This document shows positions 26,445 to 37,705 of a stretch of 64,000 nt of DNA, one piece after another (position 1 is the first letter of the stretch; every line of letters starts with the position of its first letter). The translations under genes were made by a program, and so were the position numbers. The notes beneath the pieces are model-generated. The model did not search any database and had not been told where the DNA came from. It saw only the letters and a list, made by a program, of their open reading frames with translations. The DNA is from the human T2T-CHM13v2.0 reference genome, Homo sapiens. The stretch lies in NCBI RefSeq assembly GCF_009914755.1, contig NC_060939.1, one strand, 5' to 3'.

Positions 26445-28257
26445 TGAGTGACCTCTCCTGCTTGTATTCTGTGATGTCTTGGGGCTTGCTCTCAGCTGGC
26501 TGCCAGCCAACTTACCCAGGCGGCGGGGCTGCATGTCAGCTTGGTGTGGTCAGAAGGGCAGCCTGGCTGCAGAGCTTAGGAGGTCAGCCTTACTCTCATC
26601 TGTGCAGGCCCCCTTCTCAGAGGTCAGAACACAGGTGCACTGAGGCTTAGAGGAGTAGGGGCTCAGGTGGAGAACCATGAAAGGGTGCTGCATGGGGTCG
26701 GTAGCCCGAGTGCCATCAGACGTTGAAGCTGCTTTAGGGAAGCCTGGGGCTCACCCAGCAGGCCCTCCAGAGGCTAGAAGTCCCTCCTGCTTATCCCAAC
26801 CAGGCCACCTGGACTTGCCTGTACCCTCTTCTCACACTGTCCCTATAGCCATTCCTCTAAGGACCAGCCTTCTTCATTCTCCCACAGGACCCACATCTCC
26901 TGCTCACTTTGCCCATTTATGAAAATGAAAGTACAGTGTCACCTGAGAGTGACACGTGAGCCCTCTCCAGGTTTCAGCACAGCCCTAGGACCAGGGGGCT
27001 CTGTCACATGCCAATAACATGAGTGTGTGGGTAATAGTGTCTTTGCCTGTTGTTGCCAAATGCATATTCCTTCATACCCACATATCTGCTTTGATGAGGT
27101 CTCCAAAAATGTTTGCATCCTATATTTTAGGATGCAGGGAACCTGTGTGTGGGGGCAGTGTTGGGGGAAGGCCACTCCTTGGTTTTCCCTGTGGAGCTAT
27201 AAGATGTGAGCCCCTCTAGACTCCAGGATTGGCCATAGCCCAGGCTCTAATTTCAAGAAGATACTGGGCTTCAGACCCATCTGTAGGATAGCCCCAGTGG
27301 ATACCCCTGAAAACATGTTCCTTAACACCTTAAAGCTTATTTCTCTTAGCTTTGAATCCTTATGATCCCTCTTCGTAACCAGTGTCAAGCAGAGTATTTG
27401 GCATGTAGTAGGAGCTTAATAAGTGTATGTGGAACAAATGAGGTTTGGATGACTGTTAAATGTTTCAGTCATGTTTACCATAATGTAAAGGAGTATTCAA
27501 TTTATTCCAGAAAATATGCAGGTGGCAAGGCTGGACAGGGTGACCGAAGAGAACCCCTGTCAGTTTGGGAGTTGGTCTGTGTCAGACTCTACTTACCCCT
27601 CCAATCAGGGATGCCAGCTGCACATGACTTAGCTTTTAGCTAGTGTCAGGAGCCCATACAAGACAGCCATAAGTGGCCCAGCTCAGAAGTTCAGGGGAGA
27701 AGGAGGTCCCCACCCTGCTGGTCTCTCAGTCACTCTGGGATCTTCTGAGGAGTCTGTACATAGTCCAGGCATCACTTTCCAGGTCGCTGCTGCTTCCCCT
27801 CCTGTAAGCAGCCTCAGAAATGGGATGGCTGCTGTCACTGGTCTCACAGGGCCTCCCAGGAAACTGGAAGGTCTGTGGATGTTTCCCTGGTGATGTGACA
27901 CAATCTCTAAGACGGGAAAAATGGTTATTGGGGAACATGAATGTCCCCTGCAGAATCTTGGGTGGCAAAGAGAGGAAGGAGAGCAAGTAGGAGCTTGTTT
28001 CACTCTGCCTAAGGAATTTCTTTCTCTCTGTCTTAGAAAGAATGAGGCAAAGGCCGACAATCCCATTAGCTTCAGAAGCTGCAGGGAAAAGATTGCCGTA
28101 AAGACCACACTGCTCAGCATGAAGTGGGAATTTGGCAGATGAGGCTGTCAGACACGGAGACCATCAGACCTTGAAGGGACCCTAGAGAGCATCTGTACTG
28201 GCCTCCTCATTTCAGATGTGTGTTGCTCAATTTCCAAACAGTTGGGGATTTTCTTAT

Positions 28258-29158
28258 CTTTTTTTTAAAAAACCATTTATTAAGATATAATTCACATAGC
28301 ATACCATTTACCCATCTAAAATGTACAATTCAATGGTTTTGATGTATTACATTAATTTTTAAAAACTGTGGTAGAATATGTATAGCAAAATTTTCCATTT
28401 TAACTATTTTAAGTGTACAATTCAGTAGCATTAATTATATTCCCATTGTTGTACAACAATTACCACTATTTCCAAAAACTTTTCATCATCCCAAGCAGAA
28501 ACTCTTTGACCATTAAACAATAATACCCCACGTCCCCTTCTCTCCAACTCCTGGTAACATCTATTCTACTTTCTGTCTCTATGAAATTTTTTATTCTAAG
28601 AATCTCATATAAGTGGAATCATACAATTATTTGTCCTTTTGTGTCTGCCTTCTTTCACTTACCGTATTGTTTCAAAGTTCATCCATGTTGTAACATGAAT
28701 CAGAACTTCATTCCTTTTTATGGCTGAGTAATATCCCATTCTATATATATGCCAGATTTTGTTTATCCACTCACCTGCTGATGAACACCTGAGTTGTTCC
28801 ATCTTTTGCCTATTGTGAATAATGCTGCAATGAATATTCTCATACAAGTATCTATTTGAGTCCCTGCTTTCAATTCCTTTGAGTACATATATACCTAGGA
28901 GTAAAATTGCAGGTCAAGTGCTAATTCTGTTTAGTTTTTTGAGGAACTATCAAACTGTTTTCCACAGCAGCTGCACCATTTTACATTCCCACAGTAATGC
29001 ACAAGAATTTCAGTTTTCCACATCCTCGACAACACTTGTTGGAAACATGGAAAATAGCCATGTTTTTGGCTATGGCCATCTTAGTAGGTGGAAAGTGGTA
29101 TTTCATTGTGGTTTTGGTTTTCATTTTCCTAATGATGAATGATGTTGAACATCTTTTC
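28258..29158 (-). mobile_element. L1MB 3' region (host of the L1PA insertion; resumes at 32332)
   Basis: ORF 28659-28847 resembles the ORF2p C-terminus; sequence is collinear across the insertion. Confidence 0.85.
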
Positions 29159-32100
29159 TTTTTTTTTTTTCACTGAATTCAATGTTTTTATTTTTTTTAT
29201 TTTTTTTTAAATTTTATTTTAAGTTCCAGGATACATGTGCAGGACATGCAAGTTTGTTACATAGGTAAACATGTACCATGGTGGTTTATTGCACCTATTA
29301 ACCCATCACCTAGGTATTTAAGCCCTGCATGCATTAGCTATTTATCCTGATGCTCTCCCTCCTTCCACCCCCTAACAGGCTCCAGTGTGTGTTTTTCCCC
29401 TCCCTGTGTCCATGTGTTCTCATTGTTCAGCTCTCACTTATAAGTGAGAACATACAGTGTTTGGTTTTCCATTCCTGTGTTAGTTTGCTGAGGATAATGG
29501 CTTCCAGCTCCATCCATATTCTTGCAAAGGACATGATCTCGTTCCTTTCTATGGCTGCATAGTATTCCATGGTGTATATGTACCACATTTTCTTTATCCA
29601 GTCCATCATTGATGGGCATTTCGGTTGATTCCATGACTTTGCTATGGTGAATAGGGCTGCAATGAACATACATGTGCATGTATCTTTATATCTTTATAAC
29701 AGAATGAGTTATATTCCTCTGGGTATATACCCAGTAATGGGATTGCTGGATCAAATGGTATTTCTGGTTCTAGCTCCTTGAGGAATTGCCACACTGTCTT
29801 CCACAATGGTTGAACTAATTTACATTTCCACCAACAGTGTAAAAGCATTCCTATTTCTACACAGCCTCACCAGCATCTGTTGTTTCTTGATTTTTTAATA
29901 ATTGCCATTCTCACTGGTGTGAGATGGTATCTCATTGTGGTTTTGATTTGCATTTCTCTAATGATCAGTGATGTTGAACTTTTTTTCATATGTTTGTTGG
30001 CTGCAAACAATGGACACAAACAAATGGAAAAAAGTTCCATGCTTGTGGATAGGAAGAATCAATATTGTGAAAATGGCCATACTGCTCAAAGTAATTTATA
30101 GATTAAATGATATTCCCATTAAATTACCATTGATATTCTTCACAGAGTTAGAAAAAACTACTTTAAAATTCATATGGAACCAAAAAAGAGCCCGTATAGC
30201 CAAGACAAAGTCAAAGCAATCTTAAGCAAAAAGAACAAAGCTGGAAGCATCACCCTACCAGACTTCAAACTATGTTACAAAGCTACAGTAACCAAAACAG
30301 CATGGTACCAACAGATAGACCAATGGAACAGAATAGAGATCTCAGAAATGAGACCACGCATCTATGTCCATCTGCTCTTCAACAAACCTGACAAAGACAA
30401 GCAATGGGGAAAGAATTCCCTGTTTAATAAATGGTGCTGGGAAAATTGGCTAGCCATATGCAGAAAATTGAAACTGGATCCCTTCCTTACACCTTATACA
30501 AAAATTAACTCAAGATGGATTAAAGACTTAAATGTAAAACCCAAAACTATAAAAGCCCTAGAAGAAAATCTAGGCAATACCATTCAGGACATAGGCATGG
30601 GCAAAGATTTCATGACAAAAACATCAAAAGCAATTGCAACAAAAGCAAAAATTTACAAATGGGACCTAATTAAACTAAAGAGCTTCTGCACAGCAAAATA
30701 AACTATCATTAGAGTGATGATAGTGTTTGGAATAGTTTCAGAAGGAATGGTACCAGATCCTTCAGAAGGAATGCCAGCTGGTTATTTGTACCTCTGGTAG
30801 AATTCAGCTGTAAATCCATCTGGTCCTGGGCTTTTTTTTGGTTACTACAGGCTATTTATTACTGCCTCAATCTCAGAACTTGTTTTCGGGCAATTCAGGG
30901 ATTCAACTTCTTCCTGGCCTAGTCTTGGGAGGGTGTATGTGTTCAGGAATTTATCCATTTCTTCTAGATTTTCTGGTTTATTTGTGTAGAGGTGTTTATA
31001 GTATTCTCTGGTGGTTGTTTGTATTTCTGTGGGGTTAGTGGTGATATCCCCTTTATCATTTTTTATTGTGTCTATTTGATCTCTGATTCTTCTCTCTTTT
31101 CTTCATTAGTCTAGCTAGTGGTATATCTATTTTATTAATTTTTTCAAAAAACTAGCTCCTGGATTCATTGATTTTTTGAAGGATTTTTCGTGTCTCCTTC
31201 GGTTCCACTTTCATCTTAGTTATTTCTTGTCTTCTGCTAGCTTTTGGATTTGTTTATTCTTGCTTCTCTAGTTCTTTTAGGTGTGATGTTAGGGTGTCGA
31301 TTTGAGATCTTTCTAGCTTTATGATGTGGGCATTTAGTGCTATAAATTTTCCTTGTAACCCTGCTTAAGCTGCGTCCCAGAGATTTTGGTACATTGTCTC
31401 TTTGTTCTCATTGGTTTCAAAGAACTTCTTGATTTCTGCCTTAATTTTATTATTTACCCAGGAGTCATTTAGGAGCAGGTTGTTCAATTTCTGTGTAGTT
31501 GTTTGGTTTTGAGTGAATTTCTTAATCTTAGTTCTAATTTGATTGCACTGTGGTCTGAGAGACTGTTACGATTTCAGTTCTTTTACATTTGCTGAGGAGT
31601 GTTTTACTTCAAATTATGTGATAGATTTTAGAGTAAGTGCCATGTGGCACTGAAAAGCTTGTATATTCTGTTGTTTTGGGGTGGAGAGTTCTGTAGATAT
31701 CTATCAGGTCCACTTGATTCAGAGCTGAGTTCAAGTCCTGAATATCTTTGTTAATTTTCTGTCTCGATGATCTGTCTAATATTGACAATGAAGTGTTAAA
31801 GTCTTCCACTACTATTGCATGGGAGTCTAAGTCTTTTTGTAGGTCTCTAAGAACTTGTGTGATTAGTCTGGGTGCTCCTGTATTGGGTGCATATATATTT
31901 AGGATTGTTAACTCTTCTTGTCGAATTAATCCCTTTACCATTATGTAATGCTCTTCTTTGTCCTTTTTTATCTTTGTTGGTTTAATGTCTGTTTTGTGAG
32001 AAACTAGGATTGCAACTGCTGCTTTTTTCTGCTTTCCATTTGCTTGGTAAATTTTTCCCCATCCCTTTATTTTGAGCCTATGTATGTCTTTGCACGTGAG

Positions 32101-32331
32101 ATGGGTCTCCTGAATATAGCACACCTATAGGTCTTGATTCTTTATCCAGTTTGCCAGTCCGTGTCTTTTAATTGGGGCATTTAGCCCATTTACATTTAAG
32201 GTTAATATTATTACTAGTGAGTTTGATCCTGTCATCGTGATGCCAGCTGGTTATTTTGCAGACTAGTTGATGCAGTTTCTTCATAGTGTCATTGGTCTGT
32301 GTACTTCAGTGTGTTTTTGCAGTGGCTGGTA
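29159..32331 (-). mobile_element. Rearranged 5'-truncated L1PA (PA8-PA11-like) with internal inverted segment 30012-30717
   Basis: Minus strand: endonuclease domain (ORF 31609-32124) and C-terminus/3'UTR (29427-29848). Plus strand: post-RT ORF2 (29968-30701). Degenerate TSD tgaacatcttttc / tcagcatcttttc. Confidence 0.92.
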
Positions 32332-32419
32332 TTCAGCATCTTTTCATGTGCTTATTGGCCTTTTGTATATCTTCTTTGAAGAGACATCTGTTCAAGACCT
32401 TTTGCCTGTTTTTAAAATT

Positions 32420-32790
32420 TAGTTTTTAAATTGGCAAATACAAATTGTATATATTTATCATATGCAATGTAATGTTTTGAAATATGTACACATTGTGGAA
32501 TGGCTAAATTGAGCTAATTAACATATGCATTACTTCACATACTTTTTTTTGTGATGAGAATACTTACAATCTTACTCTCAGCAATTTTCAAGAATACAGG
32601 TGAGGCTGAGGCAGGAGGATTGCTTGAGCCTAGAAGATCGAGGCTGCAGTGAGCCATGTTCACACCACTGCACACCAGCCTGGGCAACTGAGTGAAACTT
32701 TGTCTCAAAAAAAAAAAAAAATTACAGTACATTGTTATTAACTATAGTCACTCTGTTGTACAATGGATCTCTTAAACTTATCTTGTTATC
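32420..32790 (-). mobile_element. L1MA 3' fragment containing a truncated Alu
   Basis: 'tacacattgtggaatggctaaattgagctaattaacatatgcattac'. Confidence 0.75.
32599..32720 (+). mobile_element. 5'-truncated AluJ right arm
   Basis: 'gaggattgcttgagcc...gaggctgcagtgagcc' plus poly(A). Confidence 0.9.
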
Positions 32791-32799
32791 TTTTTGTTT

Positions 32800-34000
32800 C
32801 TGATGCTAGCTTAATCCTACTGTACATGGTCAGAGCATGTACACTATATGATTTCAGTCCTATGAATTGTGTTGAGACTTGCTTTATGGCCCCATGTACA
32901 ATCAATTTTAGTAAATATAAAAGTTCGGAAAAACAGGAAAAAGTGTATATCATATAGTTGTTGAATGCAAATTCTTTATAAGTTAATTGGGTCAAGTTTA
33001 TATATTGTAGTGTTTAAATCTTAGATATTTTTGTGATTTTTTTCTATCAATTATTGAGAGAAGCATGTTAAATCTTCCAATATGACTATAGATTGTTTAT
33101 TTCTCTCTAATTCTGTCTAGTTTTGCTTCATATGTTTGAAATTGTTATTAGTTGCAATCAAATTTAGAATTATCATGGCTTCCTGGTGGATTGGATTTTA
33201 TCATTATGAATTGTTCCTTTTTATCTCTAGTAATGCTTCTTCCTCTAAGTCTACTTTGTCTGATATTAGTTCAGTTCTAGAGTTTTCCTTAGGTTTGTGT
33301 TTATATAATACATCTTTTTCCTTCCTTTACTTGACCTTCCTGCATTGTGATATTTAGATGTGTCTTTTATAAGCAGCATATAATTGGGTTTTATGAAAAT
33401 TTCTGTCTTTTGTTTGATATATTAGGGCCATTTACATTTAATGTAAATTATTGATGCACTGGATTTAATTCTACCATCTTGCTTTTACTATTTTTTTTTT
33501 TTTTTGGTCCCATCTGTTGTGTATTTCTTTTCCTCTTTTTTTGTTGCCTTCTTTTGGAGAAATCAAGTATTTTTAACATTATTATATTTTTTATTTTTGT
33601 TGAAGTGAAATTCATCTAACATAAAATTAACCATTTTAAAGTGAACAACCCATGGCACTTCACAATGTTGTATAACCAACACGTCTATCTAATTTCAAGA
33701 CATTTTCGTCATTCCAGAAGGAAATCCCATATCCGTTAAGCAGTTGCTCCACAATTTTCCCTTTCCCCTGTCCCCGGTAACCACAAATCTGCATTTTGTC
33801 TTTTTGGATTATGGACAAATCAAGTATTTTAATAATTCCATTTCCTCCTCTAACCACTTGTTAGTCATACATTATTTTACTGTTCTTTTAGTGATTACCT
33901 CAGAAATTACAACACACATTCATGATTTCACTGTAAGTTAGTACTTCTATTGCTTCTAGGGCAAAGAAAGCATTTAGCACACACTCCAATTTTTGTCTCC
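32800..34000 (-). mobile_element. Ancient L1M fragments
   Basis: T-rich antisense ORF2-like and 3'UTR-like sequence. Confidence 0.55.
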
Positions 34001-34240
34001 TCAATTCTGTGCAGCTGCTGACAGCTAAGGTGAGCTTCCTAAACTCTGAAATACCATCCATCCACTTACAGCCAACTGCTTATGAGTCAGCAAGCACTTT
34101 GTTGGGGAAAGTGCTGGCAGATTGTTGAACTCACGTCAGTCTGGTTCCCTTCCCCCAAGGTCCTATCTCCTCAAGTCCTGGCTGACAAGGCATCTCTCCA
34201 ATACTTTTTGTGTGTGTGCGTGGCCTTTTGTATCGTCTAG

Positions 34241-34648
<408 letters not shown>

Positions 34649-35544
34649 TAGCAAGGAAACAAAGGTCTGGAGGGGAGAAGGGGCCCATCTAATTTTAGCC
34701 TGCTAATTAAGGCATAGCTGGACTTAGCACTTAGGTCTCCTGATGCCCATTCCAGTGCTGTCTACCATAGCATGCTTCACAACGATGCAATCTTAGTCTA
34801 TCAAATACTCATCCAAACCATCACTTATTTACTCAAAAAATATTTCTCAAGGACCTGTTCTATGCCAAGCACTGGGCATATAAATTTGTCTTTTTTTATT
34901 TTTTTCTGACCGCTTTCAAGATTTTTCTCTTTGTCTTGGTTTTCAGCAGTTTTATTATGATGTGTGTATTATGGTTTTCTTTGTATTTATCCTGCTTTAG
35001 TTCCTACAGCTTCTTGAATCTATGGCTTGATAATTTTTTTTGGTCAGTTTTGAAAAATTCTCAGTGATTGTGTTTTTAATTATTCCTTCTGCCTCACACT
35101 CTTCATTCTGTTATTTGGGCATTTCAATTACACGCATGTAATACCTTCAAGAATTATACAACCTCCAGGTGGGGATCAGAGGTAGGCAAGTATATTATTT
35201 AAGAAATAGGTTTAGCTGCATGTTACAGAGACACAGAATAACAGTTGCTTAAATAAAGTGGTTTCTTTCTCTTTTACTTAACGACTACAGCTAGGCTTCC
35301 AGGGAATAGTATGGAAGCTCTTCTCCATTGGATGTTGCCCTCAGCTGCTTGAACCAACATGGTTCACCACCACCTCTCTGGTCTCCTCACAAGGATGGAG
35401 AGAGTGAAAAGATAATAAGCTTCCCCTTCAAAGTTTCTCCCTAGAAGTTGTATACCTCACCTTCTTTCTATTCACATCCGATTGAATGAAAGTTGATCAC
35501 ATGGCCACAGTGAACTAGAAGGGAGACTGGAAAATTGAATCTTT

Positions 35545-35753
35545 CTTTTTTTTTTAGAGATGGCCTCACTCTGTTGCCCAGGCTGCAGTACAGTGGTGCA
35601 ATCACAGCTTATCACAGCCTTGAACTTTTGGGCTCAAGTGATTTTCTCACCTCAGCCTCCAGAGGAGCTGGGTCTACAGGCACAAGCCACAATACCTAAC
35701 TCATTTTTAAAAAATTTTGTAGAGATGGGGTCTCACTATTTTGCCCAGGCTGG
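35545..35753 (-). mobile_element. 5'-truncated AluJ
   Basis: 'cagccttgaacttttgggctcaagtg'; stops within the left arm. Confidence 0.9.
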
Positions 35754-35768
35754 GGAAATGTAGTCTTT

Positions 35769-36055
35769 TTTTTTTTTTTTTTTTGAGACGGAGTCTCTGT
35801 CTCCCAGGCTGGAGTGCAGTGGCGGGATCACTGCAAGCTCCGCCTCCCGGGTTCACGCCATTCTCCTGCCTCAGCCTCCCGAGTAGCTGGGACTACAGGC
35901 ACCCACCACCACACCCAGCTAATTTTTTTGTATTTTTAGTAGAGACGGGGTTTCACCATGTTAGCCTGGATGGTCTCGATCTCCTGACCTCGTGATCCAC
36001 CCACCTCAGCCTCCCAAAGTGCTGGGATTACAGGCGTGAACCACCGCACCTGGCC
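35769..36055 (-). mobile_element. AluY
   Basis: Diagnostic 'gcaagctccgcctcccgggttcacgccattc'; TSD gaaatgtagtcttt at 35755-35768 and 36056-36069. Confidence 0.95.
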
Positions 36056-37034
36056 GAAATGTAGTCTTTATTCTGGGAGATCACTTGTTGGGCTAAAATT
36101 TAGGGAGTCTACTGTTATGGGAGAAAAAATATAATAAATATTGGGGGACAATTAGGAGCCTCTTCCACAGCAAATAAACACAATACAAGGCAACAGTTGT
36201 TAAGCTGAGGCCTCAGAGGAAGAAGCTGGAAAAAGTGTCACAAAATAAGTCACATTTGACTGGGCATTGAAGGGTGAATAGCAGTTTATTGAGGGAAAAA
36301 TCATCAAAGGCCATTCCAAACAGGAAGACTGGCATGAGCAGTTGACTCCTGAGTGCAAAGCTACCATACTGTCATCTATTTAACCCCAGTTCCTGGCACA
36401 TACTATGCTACTATATAGATGTTGTCAAATAGAATCATTTTTGAGGGCAGAAGGAAAGGGAGGGTTTTACTCTGGGGGTTGGACGTCTAGAGGAATCTGA
36501 AAGGCAGTTAATAAGTGTCACTTGTGGGGCTGGGGAGAGGATTCATGCCATTGTAGACGCAATGAAATTTAAGGTGAAAATGGGCAGGCCAAGTTGAAAT
36601 TGCTGTACGGGCAGTGGGGAGACAGCCTGAGCAGAAGTGGGGATTGGAAATGTGGGCTTGGGTGGGAGCTGCCTATGAAGCGTGACCATTGAGGCTGTTA
36701 GAGAGGGTGCTTTCTTCTAAGAGAACATATATTGACAGTAAAGAGGATTGAACCTTCTCAAAGGAAGAAAAGAAAGCAGAAAGGACTGCCACATGGGGCA
36801 AGCTGTCCCCAGAGGGCTTTCTGAGGCCTCTTTCCTCTCTGAAGGGCTCCCCAACACTTCCCAACTTTATCCTCTCCCCTACACCTGGCCACACCTCCCT
36901 TCTTGTGTCTTGATCTTCCCTGGATCCTTGCTAGCCTTCTATTAATAAGTAATTTAATATCATGCTCATTAAACTTTGATTGGTTAGGTAATTTAACTTC
37001 ATTCATAAAAGGATTTGAAGCAATATTGTGGTTT

Positions 37035-37342
37035 GATTTTTATTTTATTTTAATTTTTTTTTGAGACAGGGTCTCACTCAGTCTCCTGGGCTGGAGTGCA
37101 GTGGTGCTATCAAGGCTCCCTGCAGCCTTGACCTCCGGGGCTCAGGCGATCCTCCTGCCTTAGCCTCCTGAGTAGCTGGGACCACAGGTATGCACTACCA
37201 TGCCCAGCCAATTTTAAAACTTTTTATAGATATGGGTCCCCCCATGTTGTCCAGGCTAGTCTCAAACTCCTGGGCTCAAGCAATTCTCTCACCTTGGCCT
37301 CCAAAAGTGTTGGGATTACAGACGTGAGCCACTGCACCTGCC
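37035..37342 (-). mobile_element. AluJ
   Basis: 'cagccttgacctccggggctcaggcgatcc' and 'ctcctgggctcaagc'. Confidence 0.92.
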
Positions 37343-37519
37343 TTCTCACTTAATTTTTATTATAAACATAATACATATTCATTTTTTAAAATATCAGAAA
37401 ATATGGTCAAACAAAATAAATAACATTAAAATCACTTATAATCTCTCTCCCAAGATTGTTAACATTTTAATACTGGTGTGTCCATACTTCATGCTCTTTC
37501 TCTCTCTGAAAAAATTAAT

Positions 37520-37705
37520 ATCAACAATTGCTATTTATGAGCTCTTGCTATGTGCCAGACACTGTTCCAAGTTTTATATCTGTATTTCATTATTGAAACC
37601 TCGTAGCAATCTACAAGGTAGTTGCTACTATTATCCCAATTTTCAGACAAGGAAACTGAAGCTCAGAGAAGGCTGGAAACTACCTAGCATCACTCACATG
37701 GTGTT
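37520..37705 (-). mobile_element. MIR
   Basis: 'cccaattttcagacaaggaaactgaagctcagagaagg'. Confidence 0.75.

Larger units (their letters stand above)
35190..36170 (-). mobile_element. Old MLT1 LTR split by two Alus
   Basis: 'aggtttagctgcatgttacagagac...cacatggccaca...gggagactggaaa' resumes as 'gaaatgtagtctttattctggg'. Confidence 0.6.
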
